Shown: positions 26,597 through 37,384, counted from the first letter of the stretch. The stretch is DNA of 64,000 nt from Anaerolineae bacterium (GCA_027021705.1 JALUTT010000048.1:32001-96000), one strand, 5' to 3'. Numbers and translations: made by a program. The notes: a model not told the origin generated them from the sequence alone.

Positions 26597-28820
26597 TGGG
26601 AAGAAGACCAAGGAGCAGCTGATCGGAGAACTGCAGAAGCTACGCCGGCAGATCGCCGAGCTGCGAGAAGAGCGTCAGCGGACCGAGACGGAGCTCCTCC
26701 AGTGCTATCAGAGCCAGGAGGTGCTGAACGCTCTCTTCCAGCTCTCCTTGGAAGAGGCGACGTTGGAGGAGCAACTGGAGCGCGCTCTGGATGTCATCTT
26801 CACCACGCCCTGGCTCTCTATGTTGCCCAAGGGCAGCATCTTCCTCGTCGAAGATGATCCGGAGGTGCTGGTCCTGAAGGCGCAGCGGGGGCTGCCCCCA
26901 TCGCTGCAGACCAAGTGTGCCCGGCTTCCCTTCGGGCGCTGTCTCTGTGGCCGGGCCGCTGCCAGTGGCGAACTCCAGTTTGCCGACTGCGTGGACCACC
27001 GCCACGAGCACACCTACGAGGGCATCTCACCCCACGGGCACTACAACGTCCCGATCCTGCTAGAGGGTGAGGTGGTGGGTGTCCTCAACCTCTACGTCGA
27101 GGAAGGACACCGGCGGGATGAGCGGGAAGAGACTTTCCTGAAGGCGGTGGCCGGCACCCTCGCCAGCCTGATCAAGCGCAAGCGCGAAGAAGAAGAGCTG
27201 CGGCGAAGCCACCAGAGCCAGGAGGTGCTGAACGCTCTGATGCGCCTCTCTCTGGAGGAGACCTCGCTGGAAGAGCAGTTGGAGCGAGCCCTCGACGTGA
27301 TCCTCTCCACCCCCTGGCTCCCCGCGCTGCCGAAGGGGGGCATCTTCCTTGTGGAGGGGGATTCCGGCGAAATCGTGTTGAAGGCCCAGCGGAACCTAGA
27401 CGATCCGTTGCTGACCCTGTGCGCTCGGGTGCCCTTTGGCCGCTGCCTCTGTGGTCGGGCGGCGGCGAGCGGCAAGATCCAGTTTGCGGACAGGGTGGAC
27501 GACCGCCACGAGATCCACTTTGAGGGGATGGCCCCTCACGGCCACTACAGCGTTCCCATCGTCTTGGACGATAGGGTGGTGGGCGTGATCGTCGCCTACG
27601 TGGAGGAAGGGCACCGGCCGAACAGACAGGAGGAAGCCTTCCTGGAGGCAGTGGCGAACACGCTGGCCGGCCTGATCAAGCGCAAGCAGGCGGAAGAAGC
27701 GCTGCAGCGGGCTCACGATGAGTTGGAGCGACGGGTCGAGGAGCGCACCCGCGATCTGGAGCACAGAGCTGTACAGCTTCAAGTGGCCGCTGAGGTGGCC
27801 CGCGACGCGGCCACAGCCTGGGAACTGGATACCCTGTTGGAGCGGGCCGTCAACCTCGTTCGCGACCGATTCGGCTTTGACCACGTGGGCATCTTCCTGA
27901 CGGACGAGCGGGGCGGGTATGCTCTCTTGAAGGCGGCGACGGAGGAGATGGGCCGCCAGTTGCTGGAACAGGGATACAAGCTGAGGATCGAAGATGGGGG
28001 CCTCGTCGGATCCGCCATCGCTACCGGCGAACCCCAGGTCGCCCTTGATCTCGAGGCGGACGGCGAAGCTGCTGAGGTCCCCTTGCTCCCCCACACCCGG
28101 TCGGAGGTGGTCCTGCCGCTCAAGGTGGGGGATCAGATCATCGGTGCCCTTGATGTGCGCAGCACCGATAGCGCCGTCTTTGGGCAGGATGACGTGGCGG
28201 TCCTGCAGATCGTGGCCGACCAGTTGGCGGTGGCCATCGAGAAGGCGCACCTGCTCCACGAGATGGAGCAGACGGTCCACGAACTGGAAGCGGCCTATGG
28301 GCGTTACACCCAGGAGTCGTGGCGTGCCTTCGTCCAGAGCGCTGGACAGCCCTACGGCTACCGGTACCGAGGGTTGGATGTCGAACGGACCACGGAGCTG
28401 CACCCGGAGGCGCGGGAAGCCCTGCAGCAGGGCCGTTCGGTGGTCACCATCCTCCAGCCAGAGGTGGAAGACGGTCAGCAGAACGCCGTCAGCGCTCTGG
28501 CTGTGCCCGTCAAGCTGCGCGGTCAGGTGATCGGGGTCCTCAACCTGCGCTTCGAGGACAAAACCATCCTGCCGGAGACCATTTCGCTGGTAGAGGAGGC
28601 AGCCGGTCGGTTAGCCCTCGTGCTGGAGAGCGCCCGCCTCTTCAGCGAGGCCCAGGCCCGTGCTGAGCGCGAACGCCTGATCGCCGACATCACGCACCAG
28701 GTGTGGGCGGCGCGGGATTTCCAGCAGATTGTCGAGACGACCTTGCGTTCTTTGAGTCAGGTGCTCGGGGCCTCAGAGGCCGTCGTCCGTCTCCAGACCA
28801 ACGGGCAGCAAGAGGGGTGA
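26589..28820 (+). CDS. Kinase-less receptor 4: cytoplasmic, two Cys-rich GAF domains plus GAF plus C-terminal module
   Basis: Duplicated CAR(L/V)PFGRCLCGRAA and HGHY motifs; no TM segment. Confidence 0.87.
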   Translation: MSDGKKTKEQLIGELQKLRRQIAELREERQRTETELLQCYQSQEVLNALFQLSLEEATLEEQLERALDVIFTTPWLSMLPKGSIFLVEDDPEVLVLKAQRGLPPSLQTKCARLPFGRCLCGRAAASGELQFADCVDHRHEHTYEGISPHGHYNVPILLEGEVVGVLNLYVEEGHRRDEREETFLKAVAGTLASLIKRKREEEELRRSHQSQEVLNALMRLSLEETSLEEQLERALDVILSTPWLPALPKGGIFLVEGDSGEIVLKAQRNLDDPLLTLCARVPFGRCLCGRAAASGKIQFADRVDDRHEIHFEGMAPHGHYSVPIVLDDRVVGVIVAYVEEGHRPNRQEEAFLEAVANTLAGLIKRKQAEEALQRAHDELERRVEERTRDLEHRAVQLQVAAEVARDAATAWELDTLLERAVNLVRDRFGFDHVGIFLTDERGGYALLKAATEEMGRQLLEQGYKLRIEDGGLVGSAIATGEPQVALDLEADGEAAEVPLLPHTRSEVVLPLKVGDQIIGALDVRSTDSAVFGQDDVAVLQIVADQLAVAIEKAHLLHEMEQTVHELEAAYGRYTQESWRAFVQSAGQPYGYRYRGLDVERTTELHPEAREALQQGRSVVTILQPEVEDGQQNAVSALAVPVKLRGQVIGVLNLRFEDKTILPETISLVEEAAGRLALVLESARLFSEAQARAERERLIADITHQVWAARDFQQIVETTLRSLSQVLGASEAVVRLQTNGQQEG

Positions 28821-28851
28821 GTGGCAACGGGGCGTGTGAAGGGGTGATGTT

Positions 28852-31806
28852 ATGACGCTGACCGATACCGTCATTCTGTGGACTATTGCAGCGGCCAACC
28901 TCTTGCTGGGGGGGTACATCTTCGTGATGGACCCGCGTCATCGGGCCAACCGCTATCTGAGCGGGATGCTCCTGCTGGGGGCTCTCTACAATTTCGCCCT
29001 GGGGAGCATGGCGCGAGACCTCTTCCCAAAGCCCCAGCTTTGGCCCTTCTACGTGCTGGTGATTACGCTGCCGGTCATCAGCCCGATGATGGTTTTGAGC
29101 ACCATCGCTCTTTTGCAACCGATCTGGTTGGACAGCGGATGGGGGCGATGGATGGCGCGTCTCCTGCACCTCCTGATCCTGCTCCCTCCGCTGCTGGTTC
29201 TGCGCGATGAGCTCGGCCCTGGCCGCCTCTACTTCGCTCCTCCCGCTTCCTACGCCGGGGGCTACGTCGCTCCTCGGGCCTACCTCCAGCAGCCCTTGGG
29301 CTGGATGCTCTTCCTGCTCAGTGAGCGCTGGATCTCGCTGATCGCCCTGGCCACCATCCTCGTCACCCTCCTCTCGAGACGGGCATCTCCTCGTGTCCGA
29401 CGCCTGGCCAGCGGGCTGCTCGTCACCCACTTGGCCGTCACGGCACTCTTCCTGGGAGGACGCAGCCTTCTCCCCATCCCTTCCTTTTGGATTGCCTCGT
29501 TGGGCAGCGCCATCCTGGCCCTGATCTACACCCTGGTGGCCCTCCCTGGCTACCTCTCGAATGCCTTCTTCGAGCGATGGATCGCCAACATCCCGGTGGG
29601 ACGCAAGATGCTGTTGGTTAACAGCGTCCTGTCGGTGGCCGCCATTCTGATGGGGATCGGGGTGATGTGGAGCACAGAGGCCAGTCGCCGGATCCTCCGG
29701 GAGAAGCTGGATGCCGAGCAGACCAAGCTCTACCGGCTTAGCAAAATCGAGTCGTCCCTGCGGGAACTCCAAGGGCTCCACCTGCGCTTCTACGACCAGT
29801 GGCTGACGGCGAACCCCGATGTCCAGAATTTCGATTTCCTGCTGGTCCGCTATCAGGTACCTATGGGGAACGTCCTCGACCTCCTGGATCAGGACCTGGA
29901 GTGGCTCTACGGGGTGGAGGAGGATGAGCCGGCCGACGTGATGGAGATCGCTGCGATAGAGTCCCGTATGCAAGCCTATCGCCAGAGCCTGGCCGGCCTG
30001 ATTCAGAGCATGCGGATGGTGGGGCGGGTTGGACGGGAGGGGACCGCACGGCTACAGGCTATGAGCGACCTGGTGGAGGCCAACGGGTTGAGCACCATCT
30101 TGGAGACGGTGCACAGGGTCTGGCACTACCAGGATGCCTACCTGTTGAATCCGACGGACGATCAGGCCGAGGTGATCCAGGACGAGGTGGACCGGTTGAC
30201 GACCAGCATAGCGGCCCTCTCGGCGGATCAGCTTTCCGATCAGGATCGCGCCCACTTGAACACCTTGCTGATCGAATACCGCCAGCAGTTCCAGCAGTTC
30301 ATTGAGCTCCGTGCGGATGCCTCAGCGCACCTGGCCAGTCTGGAACGCGACAGCGAAGAGGCTCTTATGGCCCTGGAACGGCTGCGTTCCTACGAACAGG
30401 CCGAGTTCAACGAGTTGATGCGGGCCCTCAACGCCCGTCAATTGACCACCCGAGCCATCGTGCTGGGTATCCTGGCCCTGAGCCTCATCGCCACCTACTT
30501 CTTCAGTTGGAACATAGCCGACCAGATCAGCCGGCCCGTCCAGGTCCTGGCCGAGGTTGCTTCCCGGCTGGGGGCCGGGGAGCTGGACGCGCGGACCGGG
30601 ATGCGGCGGCAGGACGAACTGGGGGTGGTGGCCCTCCGGCTCGATCAGATGGCGGATCAGCTCCAGGGTCTCTTGAGCGACTTGGAGATTCAGGTGGCCG
30701 AGCGAACCCGGGCCCTGGAACGGCGGGCTACCCAGATCCAGGCAGTGTCCGAGGTGGGACGGGCTGTGGCTGCAGTGCGCCATCTGGATCAGCTGCTGGA
30801 CCGGGTCGTCCACCTTATCTCCGAGCGGTTCGGCTTCTACCATGCCGGCATCTTTCTGATGGATGAGGAGGGCCGCTGGGCGGAACTCCGCGCTGCCAGC
30901 AGCCCTGGCGGTCAGCAGATGCTGGCCCGGGGCCATCGGCTGGCGACGGGTGACACCAGCATCGTCGGTTGGGTGGCTCAGCACCGGCAGCCCCGCATCG
31001 CTCTAGACGTGGGGGAGGATGCCGTCTGGTTTGACAACCCCGACCTGCCCCAGACGCGCTCGGAGATGGCCCTGCCCCTCATCGCTGGTGGGGAACTGCT
31101 GGGCGTGCTCGACGTGCAGAGCACCGAGGCAGGGGCCTTCAGCGAGGAGGACGTCGAGGTTCTCCAGCTTCTGGCCGATCAGGTCGCCATCAGCATCGTC
31201 AACGCCCGCCTCTTCGTCCGGATGCAGGAGGCGCTCCAAGAGGTGGAAACGCTGAACCGGCAGCTTACCGGGCGGGCGTGGGAGGAGTTCGTCCGCGCCA
31301 CGGGCCTTCCCCCTGGCTACCGCTATCGGGCAACCCGCCTGGAGCCCCTCCGCGACGGTTCGGAGGATCCCGTCCTGGACCAGGCTGCCAAGCGCCAGCG
31401 CGTCGTAGTGGTCCAGCAGGATGGGCAGGCGGAGATGGCACTGCCCCTGGTGCTGCGAGGGCAGGTGATCGGTACCCTCGGCTTCCGGCGTCAGGACGGT
31501 CAGAGTTGGGATGCGAGAACCGTAGAGGTCGCCCAGGCTATCGTCGAGGAGATGGTTCGCGCCCTGGAAAGCGCCCGCCTCTTCGAGGAAGCCCAGGCCC
31601 GCGCCGCCCGCGAGCAGGTGACGGCTCGGGTCGTCGCCCGCATCCGCGAGTCGTTGGACCTGGACACCGTGCTGCGGACGGCCGCTCAGGAGATGCAGAG
31701 GGTGCTCAACCTGGCGGAGGTCGAGGTGCGAGTCGGCGGGGACAGGACGTCAGGACAGGCAGAGGATCAGCCCCCTGCTGAGCGGGGCGAGGGAGGGACC
31801 CGATGA
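28852..31806 (+). CDS. Kinase-less receptor 5: multi-TM domain, helical bundle, HAMP, GAF, C-terminal module
   Basis: About 7-8 TM at the N-terminus (DPRHRANR, reminiscent of HisKA-7TM starts), QDELGVVALRLDQM HAMP, core GAF. Confidence 0.85.
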   Translation: MTLTDTVILWTIAAANLLLGGYIFVMDPRHRANRYLSGMLLLGALYNFALGSMARDLFPKPQLWPFYVLVITLPVISPMMVLSTIALLQPIWLDSGWGRWMARLLHLLILLPPLLVLRDELGPGRLYFAPPASYAGGYVAPRAYLQQPLGWMLFLLSERWISLIALATILVTLLSRRASPRVRRLASGLLVTHLAVTALFLGGRSLLPIPSFWIASLGSAILALIYTLVALPGYLSNAFFERWIANIPVGRKMLLVNSVLSVAAILMGIGVMWSTEASRRILREKLDAEQTKLYRLSKIESSLRELQGLHLRFYDQWLTANPDVQNFDFLLVRYQVPMGNVLDLLDQDLEWLYGVEEDEPADVMEIAAIESRMQAYRQSLAGLIQSMRMVGRVGREGTARLQAMSDLVEANGLSTILETVHRVWHYQDAYLLNPTDDQAEVIQDEVDRLTTSIAALSADQLSDQDRAHLNTLLIEYRQQFQQFIELRADASAHLASLERDSEEALMALERLRSYEQAEFNELMRALNARQLTTRAIVLGILALSLIATYFFSWNIADQISRPVQVLAEVASRLGAGELDARTGMRRQDELGVVALRLDQMADQLQGLLSDLEIQVAERTRALERRATQIQAVSEVGRAVAAVRHLDQLLDRVVHLISERFGFYHAGIFLMDEEGRWAELRAASSPGGQQMLARGHRLATGDTSIVGWVAQHRQPRIALDVGEDAVWFDNPDLPQTRSEMALPLIAGGELLGVLDVQSTEAGAFSEEDVEVLQLLADQVAISIVNARLFVRMQEALQEVETLNRQLTGRAWEEFVRATGLPPGYRYRATRLEPLRDGSEDPVLDQAAKRQRVVVVQQDGQAEMALPLVLRGQVIGTLGFRRQDGQSWDARTVEVAQAIVEEMVRALESARLFEEAQARAAREQVTARVVARIRESLDLDTVLRTAAQEMQRVLNLAEVEVRVGGDRTSGQAEDQPPAERGEGGTR

Positions 31807-33698
31807 GCCAAGCGCAGCGTGGTCGTCGCCATCCCATCGGTGTGATCCGCCGGATGCTCAACCGTTTCCCCACCCTGACGGTTCGTTTCCGGCTACGACT
31901 GCTCTTCATCAGCATGGCCATCGCCCTGGTGGTCGCCGTGGGGAGCGGTTACCGGGCCTTCAATCGGATGCACAGCGACGTGACGGCCATCAACGTCGCC
32001 GGGTCCCAGCGGATGCGCGTCTTTAAGCTCGCCTTTCTGGCCCACCGCTTCTACAATTCGACCAATCCCGATGAGCGAGTGGCAGCTATCGCCGATATGG
32101 GAGAAGAGATTGCCCGCTTCGACACCTACCTGGTGGGCCTGCGGAACGGCGATCCCGATCTGGGGCTTCGACCGGCGACCAACGCGGCGGTGATAGATGC
32201 CCTGGAGCGAAGTGCCGAGGCCTGGCAGCGATACCGGGAGACCCTGATGGACTATCTGGCGGTCCAGGACCCCGACAAGATGTTTGAGCTCCTGGGGCGG
32301 ATAGACAATCAGGCCCGCCCGTTAGTGACCCAGGTAGACGCCGTTGTGCAGGCCCTGGAGGTCCAGGTTCAGGCCGATGCCCATCATAGCCAGGTCTTGC
32401 TGGGGATTGCCCTGGCGTTGGGCTTGCTGGTGATGGTCGGCGCTTCTCTGACCATCCGGATGATCGGCCGTGACCTGACCCAGTTGACTATGGCCGCTGA
32501 GCAGATGGCCGGCGGTGACCTGAACGTGCGGGCGGCAATAGTTCACCAAGACGAGATCGGCATCATCGGGCAGACGTTGAACCGAATAGTTGCGCGCCTG
32601 AAACAGACGCTGGAAGGGCTGGAACAACGGGTGGCCGAGCGTACTCGGGAACTGGAGCGCCACTCTGCCTATCTGGAGACCTCGGCCGAGGTGGGCCGTG
32701 CAGCCACTTCGATCCTGGATATGGAGAGGCTGATCCACCAGGTGGTTGAGATGATCCGCGATCGCTTTGGCCTTTACGCCGTGGACCTCTTCCTGGTGGA
32801 CCCGACGGGAGAGTGGGTGGAGGTGCAGGCCAGCGCCAGTGGGCCGGGCCAGGAGGTGTCGGCTCAGGAGAGACGGCTGCGGGTTGGGGAGGATTCGACG
32901 GTGGGCTGGAGCATCGCCAATGCTGCGATGCGGGTCACGCCGGTGGAACGACCCGGTGATGTCGCCGAGGCGGTCCTGCCCCTTCACTTTCGGGACCAGG
33001 TATTGGGCGCGTTGAGGGTTCGGAGCCTGCAACCTGACCTCTTTGATCAGGACTTCACCACCGTGTTGCAGACGATGGCCGATCAGATCGCCATCGCCAT
33101 TAGCAATGCCCGTCTCTTCCAACAAGCTCAAGCGGCCCTGGAGGCGGAGCGTCGGGCCTACGGGGAGATCAGCCGGGAGGCGTGGGCTCAGGTGCTCCAG
33201 GCCCGACCCGATTGGGGATACCTATGCACTGCCCACGGCCTCTACCCGACCGATGGCCCGTGGTCTCCAGAGATGGTCCAGGCCAGGCAGACGGGCCAGA
33301 TCGTCCAGAACGATGGGGAAGTCGTAGCCGTGCCGGTAAAGATTCGAGGGCAGGTGGTGGGCGCGGTGCGGTTCCGCAAGCCGAAGCAAGCGGGAGGGTG
33401 GACGACGGACGAACTGACGCTGGTGAAGACGCTGACGGAGCAGTTGGGGGTGGCCCTGGAGAGTGCCCGCCTGTACCAGGATTCCCAGCGTCGGGCCCTC
33501 CGAGAGCGGCTGACGGGTGAGGTCACAGCCCGCATCCGCGAGACATTGGACCTGGAGATGATGCTGAAGACGGCCGCGCAAGAGGTTCGCCAGGCCCTGG
33601 GGCTGCCGGAGGTAGTGATCCGGCTGACGGGCCAACCGGGCAACGGTGCCGGAACCGGGGACGTGGCTTCTGGGGCCACGGAGGAGGTGGAGCCGTGA
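31803..33698 (+). CDS. Kinase-less receptor 6: NarX/PilJ-type sensor domain, HAMP, GAF, C-terminal module
   Basis: P-box-like AINVAGSQRMRVFK after TM1; HQDEIGIIGQTLNRI HAMP. Confidence 0.86.
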   Translation: MSQAQRGRRHPIGVIRRMLNRFPTLTVRFRLRLLFISMAIALVVAVGSGYRAFNRMHSDVTAINVAGSQRMRVFKLAFLAHRFYNSTNPDERVAAIADMGEEIARFDTYLVGLRNGDPDLGLRPATNAAVIDALERSAEAWQRYRETLMDYLAVQDPDKMFELLGRIDNQARPLVTQVDAVVQALEVQVQADAHHSQVLLGIALALGLLVMVGASLTIRMIGRDLTQLTMAAEQMAGGDLNVRAAIVHQDEIGIIGQTLNRIVARLKQTLEGLEQRVAERTRELERHSAYLETSAEVGRAATSILDMERLIHQVVEMIRDRFGLYAVDLFLVDPTGEWVEVQASASGPGQEVSAQERRLRVGEDSTVGWSIANAAMRVTPVERPGDVAEAVLPLHFRDQVLGALRVRSLQPDLFDQDFTTVLQTMADQIAIAISNARLFQQAQAALEAERRAYGEISREAWAQVLQARPDWGYLCTAHGLYPTDGPWSPEMVQARQTGQIVQNDGEVVAVPVKIRGQVVGAVRFRKPKQAGGWTTDELTLVKTLTEQLGVALESARLYQDSQRRALRERLTGEVTARIRETLDLEMMLKTAAQEVRQALGLPEVVIRLTGQPGNGAGTGDVASGATEEVEP

Positions 33699-35422
33699 GG
33701 GACCTCAACAAGCTTCAAGCCATATCCACAGAGGTACAGGCTCCTGATGAGGGAGAGCAGGGAGGAGGGCTTGGGAAGATGCCGCTCTTTGAAGAGGTGA
33801 CATCCTTTCCTCCCTTCCTGCTCATTGTGGTCTTCATCGTCCTGGTCTCCGAGGCGATCGTGAGCCTTCTGTTCGCCAGCCTGCCCGTGCAGGGAGTGCT
33901 TGCCCGGCTCGTCCTTCACACCTTGGTGCTGATCGGACTGATCAGTCCCGTTCTCTACCTACCGGTGGTCCGCCCGCTCGTCCGGCGGATGGCCGAGTAC
34001 AGGCAGATGGTGGAGAGGATGCAGCGGTTCGTTAATGCCGTTGAGCAGGCAGCCGAAGCCATCGTTATCACCAACCGCGAGGGGGTGATCGAGTACGTCA
34101 ATCCCGCCTTTGAGCGGGTCACGGGCTATCGCGCAGAAGAGGCGGTGGGGAAGACGCCGCGCATCCTGAAATCGGGCCAGCACCCGCCGGGGTTCTACGA
34201 GAAGCTCTGGGAGACCATCACCGCCGGCGAGGTCTTCCAGGCCGTCTTCGTGAACAGGCGGAAGGATGGGGAGCTATACTACGAGGACCGGATGATCGCC
34301 CCGATGAGGGATGCAAAGGGACAGATCACCCACTTCATCGCGACGGGCCGGAACATCACCCGGCGCAGGGAGTTGGAGGAGCGGCTGAACGCGGTCTACC
34401 GGCTGGGCCAGGAGCTGACGTTGCTCCACGACGAGGCGGCCATCATCTATCGAGCGCTGGAGGCTGCTGTCCAGGTGCTCCGGTGCGAGATCGCCGGCTA
34501 CGCCTCGGTGGACGAGACGACGAAGACGCTGACCTATCATTACCGCTTGATCCAGGGTCAGGTCGAGGCGGTCAGCTTCTCCCTGCCCCTGACCGCCAGG
34601 GAGGAGATCGGGGTGATCGCCGCCCAGAGCGGTCAGATCGTCAGGACCTCTGACGTGAGCTCCGACACCTCCTTCGCGCTCGTTCCGGAGGCGCTCTCCC
34701 ATCGTGCTGGGTTGTGTGTGCCGATGAAGGTAGGAGGACAGGTGATCGGTGTGTTGGGTGTCGCCAGATTTGAACCGGAGCCCTTTACGGCAGCCGACGA
34801 ACGGTTGCTACAGACCTTGGCCGACCAAGCTGCCGTGGCTCTGGAGAATGCCCGGCTTGTTGCCGAAGCCCAGGAGGCCCTGGAGGCCCTGCGCCGTGCT
34901 TACGGCGAACTGAGTCGGGAGGCCTGGGCCGGCTTGCTCCGCGTCCGGCCCGACCTAGGCTTCCGAAGCACGGAGCAGGGGGTTACCAGCGCGGAGGATG
35001 TGTGGCGACCAGAGATGGAAGAGGCCATCCGGGAGGGGAAGACGGTTCAGGCCAACGGTACCGGTGGGGATACCCGGCTCCCCCTCGCCATCCCCATCAA
35101 GGTACGAGGGCAGGTCGTGGGGGTGTTGGACACCTACAAGCCCAATGACGCAGGCGTGTGGACTCCGGAGGAGGTCACGCTGCTGGAGACGATCGCCGAG
35201 CAGTTGGGTGTGGCCCTGGAAAGCGCCCGGCTGTTCGAAGAGACCCGGCGTCGGGCCTGGCGGGAGCAACTCATCAGTCAGATCACCGCCCGCATCCGGG
35301 AAGCCAGCGATGTCGAGGGGGTGTTGCGGACGGCGGCCGAGGAGCTGGGCAGGGCCTTGAACGCTGCCCGTTCCCACGTCGCCCTCCAGGTGCCCGAAGA
35401 CTCGGAGTCCGCAGGTTCGTGA
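33695..35422 (+). CDS. Kinase-less receptor 7: 2 TM, PAS, GAF, C-terminal module
   Basis: AVEQAAEAIVITNREGVIEYVNPAFERVTGY...GKTPRILKSG...NRRKDGELY PAS/PAC. Confidence 0.87.
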   Translation: MRDLNKLQAISTEVQAPDEGEQGGGLGKMPLFEEVTSFPPFLLIVVFIVLVSEAIVSLLFASLPVQGVLARLVLHTLVLIGLISPVLYLPVVRPLVRRMAEYRQMVERMQRFVNAVEQAAEAIVITNREGVIEYVNPAFERVTGYRAEEAVGKTPRILKSGQHPPGFYEKLWETITAGEVFQAVFVNRRKDGELYYEDRMIAPMRDAKGQITHFIATGRNITRRRELEERLNAVYRLGQELTLLHDEAAIIYRALEAAVQVLRCEIAGYASVDETTKTLTYHYRLIQGQVEAVSFSLPLTAREEIGVIAAQSGQIVRTSDVSSDTSFALVPEALSHRAGLCVPMKVGGQVIGVLGVARFEPEPFTAADERLLQTLADQAAVALENARLVAEAQEALEALRRAYGELSREAWAGLLRVRPDLGFRSTEQGVTSAEDVWRPEMEEAIREGKTVQANGTGGDTRLPLAIPIKVRGQVVGVLDTYKPNDAGVWTPEEVTLLETIAEQLGVALESARLFEETRRRAWREQLISQITARIREASDVEGVLRTAAEELGRALNAARSHVALQVPEDSESAGS

Positions 35423-35509
35423 TGCGGTTCTCCTGGGCTTGCCAGCGTGGCGATCCGGCGGGTGGGGAGATCGCGGATTGACCCGGAGCACCGGAAGAAG
35501 GTACAGGGT

Positions 35510-37243
35510 ATGACGATGCAAGAAGAGATCCAGGAGCTGCAGGTAGAACTGGCCGCATGGCGCGAACGATTGGTTCGCGGTCTGTTGCGCGCCAGCCTGG
35601 TGGTGGGGGCTCTCGCCCTGGTCGCCGGCCTGATCAACGCCGTCACGGCTCGGGCCGTTCTGCTGGTCGTCATCTACGTGGCGGCCTACCTGGCGATGCT
35701 GGTCATCACCTTTGCCTCCCGTCTGCCCTACCTCCTGCGGGCCGGCGTCTTCCTGTTCCTCCTCTACGGGTTGGGGCTGGTGGGCCTGCTGGAAAGCGGG
35801 CTGAGCGGCGATGGACGGGTCTTCCTGCTCACCTTCCCCGTCGTGGCGACAGCCCTCCTGGGCCAGCGGGCCGGCATAGTCAGCCTGGGGCTGAGCCTGG
35901 TGACCCTGATAGGGGTGGGATGGGGGATGACCACAGGACTCCTGGACATCTCTGTGGAACAGATGGCCAACTCCACCGATCCCACCGCTTGGTTCAGCGG
36001 CAGTGTGGTCTTCTTGCTCCTGGCCCTGGCGATGCTTATCCCCACCGCTCACCTCTTGCGGGGGCAGGTCTTTGCCGCCCAGTTTGCCCGGCAGAACCGG
36101 GCCCTTCAGGAGGCCCAGGCCGCCCTTGCCGAAGTCCACCGCCAGCAGGAGGAGGCCAACGAGCGGTTGCGCCAGGCGCTGGAGGAGAGCGCACAGCGGG
36201 CTGGTCAGCTTCAGGTCATCACCGAATTGAGCCACGCCATCGCTCAGATCCGGGACCTGGATCGCCTGCTGTCGGAGGTCACCCACCTCATCGCCGATCA
36301 CCTGGGCTTCTACCACGTCGGCATCTTCCTGCTGGACGAGTCCGGTCGTTACGCGGTGCTCCAGGCAGCCAACAGTGAGGGTGGACAGCGTATGCTGGCC
36401 CGGGGGCACAAGCTGGAAGTTGGCGTTCAGGGCATCGTCGGGTACGTTACGGGGACGGGGAGACCCCGCATCGCCCTGGACGTGGGGGCCGATGCTGTCC
36501 ACTTCGATAACCCCGATCTGCCGGAGACCCGTTCGGAGGTGGCCCTGCCCCTTCGGATCGGGGAAGAGGTGATCGGGGCGTTGGATGTGCAGAGCAAAGA
36601 GACGGCGGCCTTTACCCAGATGGACGTCGTCGTCCTGCAGATGCTGGCCGATCACGTAGCCATCGCCATTGAGAATGCCCGGCTTCTCCGGCGGGTTCAG
36701 GAGGCGCTGCAGGAGGCCCGGGAGGCCCAGCGGCGCTACGTGGAGCGGGAGTGGTCGCTCTACCTCCGGCGTAGGCCCCGCCTCGAGGCCGCCTATGTGC
36801 CTATGGCCGCCCCGTCAGAGCCACCGCCGCGCACCGCTATTGAAGAAGCCCTGCGTAAAGGGGAGATGGTAGCCCTCTCGGGTGACGGTCGCCCCGCCTT
36901 CCTGGCCGTGCCCATCAAGCTGCGGGGGCAGGTCATCGGGGTCATAGACCTGCAGACAGCCGAGGAGGGCCGTCCCTGGACCGAGGATGAGATCGCGCTG
37001 GTCCGGGCCATCAGTGATCAGATGGCCTTGGCCCTGGAGAACGTGCAGCTCTTTGAGCAGACGGTGCGCCGGGCCGAGCGGGAGCATCTGGTCACCCAGA
37101 TCAGTGGGAAGATCCGCGCCTCGACCAATCTGGAGGCGATTGTGCAGACGGCTGCTCAGGAGCTGGCGCGCGCCCTGGGGACATCGCGGGTCCTGGTCCG
37201 CCTGGGGGTGGAGGAGGATGGGAAGCGGGGCATTGAGGGGTGA
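35510..37243 (+). CDS. Kinase-less receptor 8: ~6 TM plus GAF plus C-terminal module
   Basis: Hydrophobic N-terminus, core GAF PRIALDVGADAVHFDNPDLPETRSE, tail RAEREHLVTQISGKIRASTNLE. Confidence 0.86.
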   Translation: MTMQEEIQELQVELAAWRERLVRGLLRASLVVGALALVAGLINAVTARAVLLVVIYVAAYLAMLVITFASRLPYLLRAGVFLFLLYGLGLVGLLESGLSGDGRVFLLTFPVVATALLGQRAGIVSLGLSLVTLIGVGWGMTTGLLDISVEQMANSTDPTAWFSGSVVFLLLALAMLIPTAHLLRGQVFAAQFARQNRALQEAQAALAEVHRQQEEANERLRQALEESAQRAGQLQVITELSHAIAQIRDLDRLLSEVTHLIADHLGFYHVGIFLLDESGRYAVLQAANSEGGQRMLARGHKLEVGVQGIVGYVTGTGRPRIALDVGADAVHFDNPDLPETRSEVALPLRIGEEVIGALDVQSKETAAFTQMDVVVLQMLADHVAIAIENARLLRRVQEALQEAREAQRRYVEREWSLYLRRRPRLEAAYVPMAAPSEPPPRTAIEEALRKGEMVALSGDGRPAFLAVPIKLRGQVIGVIDLQTAEEGRPWTEDEIALVRAISDQMALALENVQLFEQTVRRAEREHLVTQISGKIRASTNLEAIVQTAAQELARALGTSRVLVRLGVEEDGKRGIEG

Positions 37244-37285
37244 GGTGACGAGGGCCGAGGGATGGGGTGAGGGGGAGCCACCGGT

Positions 37286-37358
37286 CGTCAACGAATGCGG
37301 GGAATGGGCCACCGCCGGCATCGGGCCTGTTCGTTTATTCGTTGGACATTCGTTGACG
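37286..37358. repeat. Palindromic ACGAAT/ATTCGT element, second copy
   Basis: CGTCAACGAATG...CATTCGTTGACG 12-bp inverted repeat with internal TTCGTT units. Confidence 0.75.
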
Positions 37359-37384
37359 GTGTACTATAGGAAGGGGAGACAACG

